The notes under the pieces were generated by a model. The model was not told the DNA's origin and searched no databases. It saw only the letters and a program-made list of their open reading frames with translations. A stretch of 64,000 bases of DNA from Candidatus Komeilibacteria bacterium (lineage in GTDB: Bacteria; Patescibacteriota; Patescibacteriia; UBA1558), in the NCBI GenBank assembly GCA_048538275.1, contig JBLYPW010000001.1, forward strand, positions 113,248-177,247. The letters run 5' to 3'. The position numbers and the translations under genes are program-made. Numbering within the stretch: position 1 is the stretch's first letter; the number at the start of each line of letters is the position of its first letter. Positions 20,782-30,934 of this stretch are shown piece by piece.

Positions 20782-22863
20782 CTACTCAAGGTGGATTGTA
20801 TTCTGTATTTGGTTTATTTTTTTTGCTATTAAAGGATGTTTTTTTAATTTCTTGTCATCGTTTAGTATATCTTGGACAGCGTTTTGGGCTTCTTTGACCA
20901 GGGTGATATTAGTAATGGCCTGGTAAAGTAAATTATTCATAAAGCCTGATTGTGTATCACCATAAAATTCACCAGCACCACGTTGCTTTAAATCGGCTTC
21001 CGCTAAAGCAAAGCCATCATTAGTGCGTACCAAAGTCTGTAATCGTTCTAGAGTGCGGGGAGAATTGTTATTACTCAATAAAAAGCAATAAGCTTGATTG
21101 TCACCTCGGCCTACGCGTCCGCGAAATTGGTGTAGTTGGGCTAAACCAAAACGGTCAGCACCTTCTATCATCATGATCGTGGCATTGGGTACGTCAACCC
21201 CAACCTCTATGACGGAAGTGGCTACTAAGATGTTAATTTTGTTAGCTTGGAAGTCAGCCATGACTTTGGCTTTGTCCTCGGCTTTTAATTTTCCATGCAG
21301 CAAAGCAACGGAACGGTGTGGGAATATTTCTTCGTTGAGATGTTTATATTCGGCAGTAACAGATTTTACGCCCAATTTATCTGATTCATCAATTAAAGGG
21401 CAAACGACAAATACCTGATGTCCGGCGTCTAGCTGTTTGTTTATAAATTCATAAGTAACTCGTCTTTGTTGATCGGTGACTAATTTTGTGATTATCGGTT
21501 TGCGGCCAGCCGGTTTGGTTTTTAGAAGTGAGATATTTAGATTGCCATAGATAGCCAATGCCAAGGTGCGGGGGATTGGCGTGGCAGTCAAGGATAGAAA
21601 GTGTGGCATAGTGTCGGGGTCACCGGATTGTTCTTGTAATTGTTGGCGTTGTTTGACGCCAAAGCGATGTTGTTCATCCACTATTACTAAGCCTAAATTG
21701 GCGAAATTTATATTTTTTTGAATGAGGGCATGAGTACCGATAATAAAGTTAATTTCTCCTTTAGATAAGGCTTTACTTATAGCGACTTTGCTGATATTTT
21801 TTGCTTTTGTTTGCCCGGCTATTAGCCGTTGATTTTGTGTTATTAGTCCGTATTGCCAAGGCACAGAGGGCCATAATTTACAAATAGTTTGCCAATGTTG
21901 TTCTGCTAAGATAGCGGTTGGCGCCATCAGAGCTACTTGATAACCGTTAATAATTGCATCATAGGCTGCCAAAGCTGCTACTACAGTTTTACCGGAGCCG
22001 ACATCACCATTGAGCAATCTGTTCATGGGTTGGCCGCTATTCATATCTTTGATGATTTCCCAGCCAGCTCTTTTTTGATCCGGAGTTAGCTGGAAGGGAA
22101 GACTATCAACAAATTCCTTTATCTCTTTTTGTTTGAATTCAATAGCTGGTGCCGTTTGTTCTGCTAGCTGATTTTTGATGAGTTGATTTTGTAATTGGAG
22201 TAAAAATATTTGATTGAATTGTAGGCGGCGGCGAGCATCTAGCATATTATCATTGTCGTCTGGAAAATGAATTTGCATTAATGCTTCTCGTAGATTCAAT
22301 AAATGATATTTTTGACGAATGTCAGCGGGCAGCCAATCTTTTATTTGTGTAATAGCTGGTAAACAGCTTTTGACTATAAAGCGTAGTTGTTTCTGGGTTA
22401 GTTTTTCTGTACTACTATAAATTGGTACTAGGCGCCCGGTGTGCGTAGTTTGTTCTTGAGCTTTTTCATAAGAAGGATTATTCATTTGGCGACCCAGTAG
22501 ATCGCCAGCTACTTTACCAGCCAATAAAATATCATCACCGATTTTGAAAGTTTTTGTTATATAAGGTTGATTAAACCACACTACTTTTAGTGAACCGCTG
22601 TCATCGTTGACTAAGGCTTCAGTGATAGTGAGTTTGCGATGACGGGCGCGACGATTGGCGAGTAGTTCAATGCGGGCACGTACTGTAGTGAGTTCATCAA
22701 TATTTAAGTCCGCTATCGGTTTTATTTGACTAAAATCGTCATAACGTACTGGCAGGTGCCAAAGCATATCTGCTACGGTATTGATGCCAATTTTTTTTAA
22801 GCGCGTGGCAATAGTTTTTCCCACGCGATTGACGGATTCTACTTTTGTTTCTAAAGTTAACAT
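20782..22863 (-). CDS. recG: ATP-dependent DNA helicase RecG
   Basis: OB wedge, GDVGSGKT, DEQHRFG, QFRGRVGRG. Confidence 0.97.
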   Translation of the reverse strand: MLTLETKVESVNRVGKTIATRLKKIGINTVADMLWHLPVRYDDFSQIKPIADLNIDELTTVRARIELLANRRARHRKLTITEALVNDDSGSLKVVWFNQPYITKTFKIGDDILLAGKVAGDLLGRQMNNPSYEKAQEQTTHTGRLVPIYSSTEKLTQKQLRFIVKSCLPAITQIKDWLPADIRQKYHLLNLREALMQIHFPDDNDNMLDARRRLQFNQIFLLQLQNQLIKNQLAEQTAPAIEFKQKEIKEFVDSLPFQLTPDQKRAGWEIIKDMNSGQPMNRLLNGDVGSGKTVVAALAAYDAIINGYQVALMAPTAILAEQHWQTICKLWPSVPWQYGLITQNQRLIAGQTKAKNISKVAISKALSKGEINFIIGTHALIQKNINFANLGLVIVDEQHRFGVKQRQQLQEQSGDPDTMPHFLSLTATPIPRTLALAIYGNLNISLLKTKPAGRKPIITKLVTDQQRRVTYEFINKQLDAGHQVFVVCPLIDESDKLGVKSVTAEYKHLNEEIFPHRSVALLHGKLKAEDKAKVMADFQANKINILVATSVIEVGVDVPNATIMMIEGADRFGLAQLHQFRGRVGRGDNQAYCFLLSNNNSPRTLERLQTLVRTNDGFALAEADLKQRGAGEFYGDTQSGFMNNLLYQAITNITLVKEAQNAVQDILNDDKKLKKHPLIAKKINQIQNTIHLE

Positions 22864-22968
22864 ATCATAATTGTAGCAAAATAATAGGTAAAAAAATAGG
22901 CTAGCTACAGGTTTATTGTTGGATATCCAAATTTAAGGTAAACTAAATATAGTTATTAGTTTTATTTT

Positions 22969-23727
22969 ATGTATTCAACAAATATCGATTATAAAAAATT
23001 GTATGATAGGGTAGGTGGTTTGATTGGCTGGGATTTTAGTAATTTACAGGTTGAAACAGAAGACAAAAAGTGGAATTTTTATAAAGAGGTCGTAGCCAAA
23101 GCAAAATCTAATTTTCGGTTATTGGATATTGGTACAGGGGGCGGGGAGGCGGTTTTAAAAATTAGAAATAATTTTACTGAAATAATTGGTATTGATTTTT
23201 CTGTAAATATGATAATGACTGCGAAGGCAAATTTGAAAAAAAGCAAAGCGACTAATGTCATTTTCAAACTTATGGATGCTAAACAATTAGAATTTCAAGA
23301 TAATTATTTTGATATAGTATCTGATCGGCATTGTGAGTTTTCGGCTTTTGAAATAGCTAGAGTATTAAAGCCGGGCGGTTATTTTTTAACTCAACAGGTT
23401 AGCGAGGGTGATAAATTGAATATTAAGCAAGCTTTTGGTCGAGGACAGGACTGGGGGGTGAAGGAAGGCATAGCTATGAAAAAATATATTACAAAACTTA
23501 AAACTGCTGGGTTTGTTAATATCAAGGTTTATACTTATAATGTCAAGGAATGGTATAAGAGCGCAGAAGATCTAATATTTTTATTAAGGCATACTCCGAT
23601 TATTCCAAATTTTGGTAAAAAACCAGAAGATTTTGCGGTATTAGATCGCTTTATAGCAGATAATAGTAGTCAGAGCGGTATTTTGACTAACTCTAAGAGA
23701 TATATGTTAATAGCACGGCTTGCATAA
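22969..23727 (+). CDS. Class I SAM-dependent methyltransferase
   Basis: LLDIGTGGG, RVLKPGG. Confidence 0.88.
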   Translation: MYSTNIDYKKLYDRVGGLIGWDFSNLQVETEDKKWNFYKEVVAKAKSNFRLLDIGTGGGEAVLKIRNNFTEIIGIDFSVNMIMTAKANLKKSKATNVIFKLMDAKQLEFQDNYFDIVSDRHCEFSAFEIARVLKPGGYFLTQQVSEGDKLNIKQAFGRGQDWGVKEGIAMKKYITKLKTAGFVNIKVYTYNVKEWYKSAEDLIFLLRHTPIIPNFGKKPEDFAVLDRFIADNSSQSGILTNSKRYMLIARLA

Positions 23728-24278
23728 GTGTGAGCAGATTGACCGGTGTTGTGCTTTTGTTGTGTTGTTGATGATTTGGTATATAGAATATTTGTTATAA
23801 AAGGCATAATTAAAAAAGAGAGATGCTCTCTTTTTTATTTTCAGTTATTTAGTCATTGAGCGGTAGTAAATGACTGACCAGGGTTGATTCATGAGTCAGC
23901 GCAGTTTGTTAGCTTGTTATTTTTTTGATATTTTTTAAAATTGTAGAAACCAGCGGGTATTATTGGAAGGCGGTTTCATGTGCTTATGTTTTGTAGTTAG
24001 TTCATCAATATTCAAGTTGTCTATTTGTTTTAATACATGAACATAATATATAAGTTTATGATTAGCACTCAATAGCTTCTATTTGCTTAATGGCCTTTAT
24101 GTTTAAGTTTTAGTGAGGGCGAATGGTGGAGAGAGATTTTTAGCGCTTCCTCTTAACTTTGTTCAGAGTTGTCTTGTTCAGGTCAGCAGCTCACTTACCA
24201 TCGGCAACTTAGCTAATATTTGCTTGGTTCGCTTCTGTCCGCCCGTCAGACGGGTCCCGTTTGAATTCCTGTTCTAAA

Positions 24279-24314
24279 AGAACGCGCCCCATACGATAGT
24301 ATGGGGCGCGTTCT
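24279..24314 (-). terminator. Hairpin downstream of tRNA-Ser(GCT)
   Basis: AGAACGCGCCCCATAC-GATA-GTATGGGGCGCGTTCT followed by a T run on the minus strand. Confidence 0.7.
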
Positions 24315-24316
24315 TC

Positions 24317-24410
24317 TGGCGGAGAGAGAGGGATTCGAACCCTCGCGCCGGCTAAACACCGACCTAACGGTTTAGCAAACCGTCCCCTTCAGCCGCTTGG
24401 GTATCTCTCC
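24317..24410 (-). tRNA. tRNA-Ser(GCT)
   Basis: ACGGT-TTGCTAA-ACCGT anticodon arm, long variable arm, GCCA end. Confidence 0.95.
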
Positions 24411-24552
24411 ACGTCCTAGTCACTCTTCGCCGCTCCATGTTTCAGGTCAAGCCTGAACCATTCCGCTTAACTCAGAGTGCCTACTCCTTGCTGCTCATTC
24501 CTTACCCTTCGCTTTGCTCAGGGTCAAGCAACTCGCAGGGTTGATATACTTT

Positions 24553-24656
24553 GTCACTCTTCGCCGCTACGTCGTAGTCGGGTTTCGCCACTGCGTGCGA
24601 CAGATCAAGTCTGTCTCACTGCGTTTGACTCAACCACGCCTACTCCTTGCTGGTCG
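24553..24656. repeat. 104-bp structured intergenic repeat, copy 1
   Basis: Identical to 25349-25452; 73-bp core also at 24715-24787. Confidence 0.9.
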
Positions 24657-24714
24657 TGACTTAACCATTCACTTCGTTCATGGCCCAAGTCACTCCCAGT
24701 TTTTTTCAGTTTGA

Positions 24715-24787
24715 TCGGGTTTCGCCACTGCGTGCGACAGATCAAGTCTGTCTCACTGCGTTTGACTCAACCACGCCTACTCCTTGC
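24715..24787. repeat. 73-bp core of the intergenic repeat, copy 2
   Basis: Identical to 24578-24650. Confidence 0.9.
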
Positions 24788-24939
24788 CTCGCACGTTTAT
24801 TTTTCGTTTTGCTTTACTTGCTTAGAACCAAGCAATGCTCGGGAGGATTATTTATATTTTTTTCCAGGCTACTTTGTTTTTTTAGCACTTTTCTTTGATT
24901 TATTCCTGGTCATTATATCAAAGCTTTAGCGCAGGTAAA

Positions 24940-25029
24940 TGGCGGAGAGGGTGGGATTCGAACCCACGGAACCCGTGAAGGTTCAACAGTTTTCAAGACT
25001 GTCGCATTCGACCACTCTGCCACCTCTCC
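24940..25029 (-). tRNA. tRNA-Ser(TGA)
   Basis: ACAGT-CTTGAAA-ACTGT anticodon arm, long variable arm, GCCA. Confidence 0.95.
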
Positions 25030-25256
25030 CGAATGTATTTTCTACCTTGGCCACTTTTTAGAAATATTTCCCTTTGTCTAGCTTCTGTATAGGTGATGTA
25101 TGTTTCATAGAATAATATTTTCCATGGTCTCTTTGTTTTTGTCGATTTTGTCTTCCCGGCGTTATGAGATTTTAATCTGGTTGCAGGACTGTTTTCCCGA
25201 GATGACCCTATGTAGATATTATTATCATTATTAATTAATGTGTAAGTGCAAGGCAT
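24993..25256 (-). CDS. GIY-YIG nuclease family protein
   Basis: TYTL...IYIGS...RLKSHN.G..KSTK..RPW...EA..RE..LKSG.GR; true start probably ATG at 25256. Confidence 0.85.
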   Translation of the reverse strand: MPCTYTLINNDNNIYIGSSRENSPATRLKSHNAGKTKSTKTKRPWKILFYETYITYTEARQREIFLKSGQGRKYIRERWQSGRMRQS

Positions 25257-25275
25257 ATTTTTGTGAATAGTTTTT

Positions 25276-25340
25276 CCGCCTGAGGCGGACCCGCCTCTGG
25301 CGGGCAAGACTGTCGCATTCGACCACTCTGCCACCTCTCC
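25276..25340 (-). repeat. Duplicated 5' half of tRNA-Ser(TGA) (25305-25340) plus a REP-like double hairpin (25276-25304)
   Basis: 36 bp identical to 24994-25029; CCCGCCAGAGGCGGG-T-CCGCCTCAGGCGG. Confidence 0.88.
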
Positions 25341-25348
25341 ACGTCCTA

Positions 25349-25452
25349 GTCACTCTTCGCCGCTACGTCGTAGTCGGGTTTCGCCACTGCGTGCGACAGA
25401 TCAAGTCTGTCTCACTGCGTTTGACTCAACCACGCCTACTCCTTGCTGGTCG
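25349..25452. repeat. 104-bp structured intergenic repeat, copy 3
   Basis: Identical to 24553-24656. Confidence 0.9.
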
Positions 25453-25609
25453 CCTGGTCATATGAGGCTCGTTCCTTACCCTTCGTTCTGCTTAGGGTCA
25501 AGCAACTCGCCGGGTTTTTCTTAATTAGTCTAGATTGATTATTTTTCTAGAATGTAAAGCCTTATTAAGGGTATAAAATCTTTAGGCAGTATAATATTTT
25601 TACCCATCA

Positions 25610-26164
25610 TTGTCAATATGTGATAAAGATACTATAATAGTGATAGATAAATATATGGCAAAAGGTGAAAAACAGTATGTAGATGAACAGTATGTGGGGC
25701 AGGAGATTATGTCTTGGGCTGTTCCTGAATACCCGCGATATCAGCGTGATTTGCGCTGGTATGTTATAGCTGTCATTGTGGCTATTTTATTTTTATTATA
25801 CTCCGTGCTGACGGCCAATCTTTTATTTGGTTTGATTATAATTATGGCGGCGGTAACTATTTTCTACTTTGATCGTCATCAAGCGCCCATGGTTGATTTT
25901 GTTATTACCAATCAAGGTTTTAAATTGCATGATAAGTTTTATGAATTTAGTGGAGTTAAATCTTTTTATATAATTTTTGAACCGCCGCATGTACAAAGTT
26001 TGTTTATTGAATTTAATAATAGTTTGCGACCGCGTTTAAATATTCCTTTACAAGACCACGATCCTTCATCTGTGCGTAAAGTATTGAAAGAATATTTAAA
26101 GGAGGACTTGGAAAGAGAAGGCGAGCCTATTAGCGAGGCTTTGGGTAGAATATTTAAGTTATAA
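25610..26164 (+). CDS. Conserved hypothetical membrane protein (start probably 25654)
   Basis: Two TM helices followed by a PH-like region. Confidence 0.7.
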   Translation: MSICDKDTIIVIDKYMAKGEKQYVDEQYVGQEIMSWAVPEYPRYQRDLRWYVIAVIVAILFLLYSVLTANLLFGLIIIMAAVTIFYFDRHQAPMVDFVITNQGFKLHDKFYEFSGVKSFYIIFEPPHVQSLFIEFNNSLRPRLNIPLQDHDPSSVRKVLKEYLKEDLEREGEPISEALGRIFKL

Positions 26165-26249
26165 TCCAAATTTTTTAACGAGGTTGACAATTGCACTTTT
26201 TTATTTTACACTTCTCAAAGTTCGGGAAGTTTTTTTAATCAATATTAAT

Positions 26250-26326
26250 GTCCTCATAGCTCAACTGGATAGAGCGTCAGCTTGCGGTGCTGAAGGTTGG
26301 AGGTTCGAGTCCTCCTGAGGACGCCA
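26250..26326 (+). tRNA. tRNA-Arg(GCG)
   Basis: GTCCTCA/TGAGGAC acceptor, TCAGC-TTGCGGT-GCTGA anticodon arm, GGATA D-loop, GCCA. Confidence 0.92.
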
Positions 26327-26349
26327 TTTATATATAAAAACCCGGCTCT

Positions 26350-26667
26350 TTATTGGGAGTCGAGTTTTTTTGTATTTTTTATTTGGCCATTGGGAGTGAA
26401 AATATATCTCACCCAGAGCGATTGCATGATAATAGCACCATTAGGTAAAGTGCGGATGATTTTTTTATTATCCAGATCTAGTACACGATTGTGAATTTTG
26501 GGATAATTATCATTTGGTCGATTAACCAGTTCAATGGAAAATGACCAGTGATTGCCATTTTCATAAGTTTGCCATTTTACCACCCAGCCCTCCTTGTCCG
26601 GCTCGGTATGTAGCAAATTTTTGATTTGGCAATACCAGCCGATGATATTGAGGTTTGACGGTAACAT
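26350..26667 (-). CDS. Hypothetical protein
   Basis: 105-aa ORF with AAGGAG upstream. Confidence 0.5.
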   Translation of the reverse strand: MLPSNLNIIGWYCQIKNLLHTEPDKEGWVVKWQTYENGNHWSFSIELVNRPNDNYPKIHNRVLDLDNKKIIRTLPNGAIIMQSLWVRYIFTPNGQIKNTKKLDSQ

Positions 26668-26819
26668 AAAGAGCTCCTTGTTTTTGTACGATTCCTCTTA
26701 TATTGTAACGAATTGAGCGAGGAAGTCAAAAATGTTATTTTATCTTTGAATTTAGTATAATAATGTTACCTTTCATGATTTTTTTCGTATTATTAAGTAG
26801 AAAGGGAATTTAAGTAATA

Positions 26820-27386
26820 ATGGTGAATTTTATGTCCGAGGCTGCCATCATCAAAGCTTGTCAGCAAGGCGATAGCGAGCAATTTACACTTTTATATGAT
26901 AAATATGTCAGCGCGATTTATAAGTTTGTTTATTATCGCGTCAGTCACCGTGAGGTGGCAGAGGATTTGACTAGCCAAATCTGGCTTAAAGTTTTAGATC
27001 GGCTGGATCAATATAAAATAAAAAATAGTAGTTTTAGCGCTTGGCTATATCGTATAGCTCGCAATGCCGTAATAGATTATTATCGTACTAGCCGTCAAGA
27101 ATTTGATATAAGTACTATGGAATTGAGTAGTAAAGAGGACTTACAAAGGGAAGCAGAAATAAAAGATAGTTTAAACAGGGTGCAAAAATATTTACAAGAG
27201 TTGCCGGACGATATGCGTGACATTGTTATTATGCGTTTGTGGGATCAGCTTTCCTATGAAGAAATTGCTGGTATTATGGATAAATCAGAAGCTAGTTGTA
27301 AAATGATGATGTCGCGTGCTTTGCAGAAAATTCGTGCTCAAGGATTATTAGTTTTATTATTTATTTCTTTATTATTAAATAATTAA
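26820..27386 (+). CDS. ECF RNA polymerase sigma factor
   Basis: AEDLTS, FSAWLYRIARN, LSYEEIA. Confidence 0.93.
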   Translation: MVNFMSEAAIIKACQQGDSEQFTLLYDKYVSAIYKFVYYRVSHREVAEDLTSQIWLKVLDRLDQYKIKNSSFSAWLYRIARNAVIDYYRTSRQEFDISTMELSSKEDLQREAEIKDSLNRVQKYLQELPDDMRDIVIMRLWDQLSYEEIAGIMDKSEASCKMMMSRALQKIRAQGLLVLLFISLLLNN

Positions 27387-27396
27387 TTTTATTTTT

Positions 27397-28938
27397 ATGA
27401 CAGATAATATAAAAAATATTTTAGAGGATCTCTATATTATTGATGATAAATTACGTCAGTATGAAAAGCAGTTAATTCCTATTGTTAAAGAGTTATTAGC
27501 TGCAAAGCCACAACTCGTAGCTGATAAGGAGTGGCAGGAGAATTTGCGTGGGCAGCTGTGGGAGCGTTTGCAAAATAAGCAATCCGGTTATTCAGTTGGT
27601 TATCGTTTTGGGTGGCAAAAAATGTTTTATGGTCTGGGTGGTTTAGCTTTATTAATATTATTGGTAGTGCCTTGGTATGGTTCCAATCAATCGGTTATTT
27701 TGGAGGAGTGGACGGCTCAGCCTCAGTTTACCGCTTTAAATGCCAAGGCATTTGGAAGTTTTGTTAGTAATGTAGATCTGAGTGCTGATGGGAGAGGTTC
27801 GGCGGCGGAGAGTGACAATAATAGTGTAGCACCAGCTGGATATGGTGGCGGTGGTGGTGATATGGCCCAGCCTATGATGGTAGAGGGAAAGATGATAATG
27901 CCACGAGAAATCAATAAATACAATTTTGTTTATGAGGGTGAAGCATTAGATTTGTCCGCACCTATGGTAAAAGTATTGCGACGAGTAAAAGGTGATCAAG
28001 TGGCCCAACAATTAGCCGGTTGGCTCGCTTCCGTTAAATTTGAGAACTTGGACTTAAGCTCTTTTAAGCAAACCAAAGTTCAGCAGTTAACATTAGTTGA
28101 AGACAGACCATTTGGTTATTCTATGAATTTGGATTTTATCAACGGTAATGTATATATTGGTCAATATTGGGAGCAATGGCAAGAAGCCAGTGTTTGTCAG
28201 GATGATGCTTGTTGGCAAGCAAGACGATTGCATGAGGAAGATGTGCCAGCCGATGATGTTTTGATTGGTTTGGCCAATAGCTGGTTAGCGCAGCGTAATA
28301 TAGATATGAGTGCTTATGGACAGCCGAGCGTGGAGAATGAATGGCGTAGGTTTTATTTACTGACTGATAATAAAGCGGATTATTATATACCGGAAGTAAT
28401 ATCAGTAATTTATCCTTTGCAGCTGGAAGGAAAGACTGTATATGATCAGGGTGGTAATGTTTATGGATTGCGCGTGCCTATCAACATCATAAATAATAAG
28501 GTGGCTGGCGTTTCTGGATTGTCTACTCAACAATATGAAAGTAGTGATTATCCGGCGATCACCGATAGCGAGGCGGTATTGCAATTGGCCGCGCGAGGCG
28601 GTATGCAACATTATTATTATCCAGATAATGCTACCACGGTGGATGTAAAATTAGGCACTCCATATGTTGGTTATGTTCAATATTGGAATTATCAAAATAA
28701 TATAAGTGAAGAATTTTATGTGCCAGCCTTGATTTTCCCAATCACAGAAATCCCAGATGACATAAATTTTTATCAGAAAAAAGTGGTAGTACCATTAGCG
28801 CAAGATATGTTTGATAGGTTTGCTTCATATCCTAAAGACGAGCCACCGGTACGTATCATGGAAATGGGTTCGGCTGATGATATTGAAGCATTGTCTCCAG
28901 CAGACTTGCCAGTAGCGGAAGAAACAATCATTGAATAA
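27397..28938 (+). CDS. Putative anti-sigma membrane protein with large extracytoplasmic domain
   Basis: Directly after the ECF sigma; short N-domain, one TM, large C-domain. Confidence 0.6.
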   Translation: MTDNIKNILEDLYIIDDKLRQYEKQLIPIVKELLAAKPQLVADKEWQENLRGQLWERLQNKQSGYSVGYRFGWQKMFYGLGGLALLILLVVPWYGSNQSVILEEWTAQPQFTALNAKAFGSFVSNVDLSADGRGSAAESDNNSVAPAGYGGGGGDMAQPMMVEGKMIMPREINKYNFVYEGEALDLSAPMVKVLRRVKGDQVAQQLAGWLASVKFENLDLSSFKQTKVQQLTLVEDRPFGYSMNLDFINGNVYIGQYWEQWQEASVCQDDACWQARRLHEEDVPADDVLIGLANSWLAQRNIDMSAYGQPSVENEWRRFYLLTDNKADYYIPEVISVIYPLQLEGKTVYDQGGNVYGLRVPINIINNKVAGVSGLSTQQYESSDYPAITDSEAVLQLAARGGMQHYYYPDNATTVDVKLGTPYVGYVQYWNYQNNISEEFYVPALIFPITEIPDDINFYQKKVVVPLAQDMFDRFASYPKDEPPVRIMEMGSADDIEALSPADLPVAEETIIE

Positions 28939-29082
28939 ACAAAGCAAACGGTTTTAAGATGGCCCTCGTTTTTCCCCTTGTTTGCTAGTTTAGAATAAAA
29001 CAGCTCTATTTTTTTAGGGCTGTTTGTTTTATAATAAAAATGTTTTGCTAAACTTGTGTTTTTATGGTAAAAATAGAGCAGT

Positions 29083-30876
29083 ATGAATGACCAAACACAA
29101 TTAATTAAAGATCGCGTAGATATAGCTGATTTATTGCAGGAATATATCAAGTTAACTCCTGCCGGAGTTAATAATTTTAAGGCATTGTGTCCATTTCATA
29201 GTGAAAAAACACCTTCTTTAATGGTATCACGCGATAAACAAATTTGGCATTGTTTTGGTTGTGGAGAAGGGGGAGATATATTTTCTTGGGTACAAAAAAT
29301 AGAAGGGATTGATTTTCCTGAGGCTTTGCGTATATTGGCGAAAAAAGCCAATGTTCAGCTGGAATTCAGATCTGTTGATCCGCAGGTGGCTAGCAATAAA
29401 ACCAAATTATATGATATTAACAGAGCAGCTGCTGAGTATTGGCATGATTTATTACAAAAGGATAAAGCGGCTCAGCCGGTGCGAGATTATTTATCTCAAC
29501 GAGAAGTAAGTGAGGCAACGGTTGAAACTTGGCAACTAGGGTGGAGTCGGGACAGCTGGGATGACTTGTTACAGTATTTAACAGCGCAAGGGTTTGCGGA
29601 AAATGATATTTTTGACGCTGGCTTAATTACTCGTTCGGATAAAAAAAATAGCTACTATGATCGTTTTCGTAATCGTTTGCTTTTTCCCATTACTGATCAT
29701 CACGGCCAGATTGTTGGGTTTAGTGGACGAACTATGGCGGATGATACCGCTAAGTATATCAATACCCCCCAAACTCTCATTTATAATAAGAGCAGGGTAT
29801 TATATGGTTTGGATAAAACTAAAACAGCCATTCGTAAACAGCAATATGCTATTTTAGTGGAAGGTAATATGGACGTTATTAGTGTCTGGCAAGCCGGTAC
29901 GCAAAATGTAATCGGTGTTTCTGGCACTGCTTTGACAAGTGAGCAAATTGCCTTATTAAAACGTTATACTAATAATGTTATGATTGCTTTTGACGCCGAT
30001 AGTGCTGGCCAAAAAGCCGCTTTGCGTGGTTTGGATTTGGCTTGGCAGGCTGGTTTGAATGTTAAGATTATTGCCTTAAGCACTGGCAAAGATCCAGATG
30101 AGTGCATTCGGACAGATAAACAAGTGTGGTTGGACGCAATCAAAAATGCCGTGGGTATTATGGATTATTATTTTCAAGTAGTGCTGAAGGATTTGGATTT
30201 ACAGCGCAGTGATCATAAGAAACAGGCGGCAGCAGAATTATTACCTATTATTGCACGCTTGCCCGATGCTATTGATCGGGCGCATTATTTACAAAAATTG
30301 GCGGATATATTATCCGTGGGAATCAATATTTTGGAAGATAAAATCAATAATTTGCGTAACAATATAAAGACACCCGGTCAAGCAAGGCAAGAACCAGAAG
30401 CTACTCCCAAGCTGCCGGCTGACAGCATGCGACAATTGAGTGAACGCATCTTAGCCTTATTGTTGTGGCAACCGGTTAAAATAGGCGTAGTGATAGATGA
30501 TTTATTGCCGGATGATTTTTTGGATGATACTTGGCGCAATATTTACAAACAACTGGTTATTTATTATAATAAGGAAGATTCTAAGCAATCATCAGACTTG
30601 AGTAAGTTCTTAATAGCAGAGAATAATGAGTGGCAGGAGCCGATCGGGACATTAGAATTATTAGCGGCTAAGGATTTTGGTAGTTTGACAGATTTGGAGG
30701 TAGAACGTGAGCTTTCCCAGTTGGTTAAAAGATTGCGCAGAGAGGCATTGCATAGAAAAAATGAATTATTAAATCAGCAGCTAAAACAAGCGGAACAAAT
30801 GAATGATGAGGTCAAAGTTAATGAATTAACGGAGCAACTGAATAAAAATATTCAAGCTATTCATAATTTATCGTGA
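29083..30876 (+). CDS. dnaG: DNA primase
   Basis: CPFH..CFGC zinc finger, EGNMD, FDADSAG TOPRIM. Confidence 0.97.
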   Translation: MNDQTQLIKDRVDIADLLQEYIKLTPAGVNNFKALCPFHSEKTPSLMVSRDKQIWHCFGCGEGGDIFSWVQKIEGIDFPEALRILAKKANVQLEFRSVDPQVASNKTKLYDINRAAAEYWHDLLQKDKAAQPVRDYLSQREVSEATVETWQLGWSRDSWDDLLQYLTAQGFAENDIFDAGLITRSDKKNSYYDRFRNRLLFPITDHHGQIVGFSGRTMADDTAKYINTPQTLIYNKSRVLYGLDKTKTAIRKQQYAILVEGNMDVISVWQAGTQNVIGVSGTALTSEQIALLKRYTNNVMIAFDADSAGQKAALRGLDLAWQAGLNVKIIALSTGKDPDECIRTDKQVWLDAIKNAVGIMDYYFQVVLKDLDLQRSDHKKQAAAELLPIIARLPDAIDRAHYLQKLADILSVGINILEDKINNLRNNIKTPGQARQEPEATPKLPADSMRQLSERILALLLWQPVKIGVVIDDLLPDDFLDDTWRNIYKQLVIYYNKEDSKQSSDLSKFLIAENNEWQEPIGTLELLAAKDFGSLTDLEVERELSQLVKRLRREALHRKNELLNQQLKQAEQMNDEVKVNELTEQLNKNIQAIHNLS

Positions 30877-30934
30877 TTATAAATAAGAACAATTTTATTA
30901 ATTAACGGTACTTTTTAGTACCAATTTTATATTT

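Noticed and set aside
23728-24278. 550-bp intergenic stretch as a possible ncRNA or gene remnant
   Set aside because: Only a terminator-like hairpin is evident; no recognisable family or ORF.
25257-25334. N-terminal extension of the GIY-YIG ORF (MAEWSNATVLPARGGSASGGK)
   Set aside because: It is the translation of the tRNA half and the REP-like hairpin; the real start is likely 25256.
24411-25515. Possible CRISPR array
   Set aside because: Repeats are 73-104 bp and irregularly spaced, with no unique equal-length spacers and no cas genes; ORFs 24477-24929 are treated as repeat artefacts.
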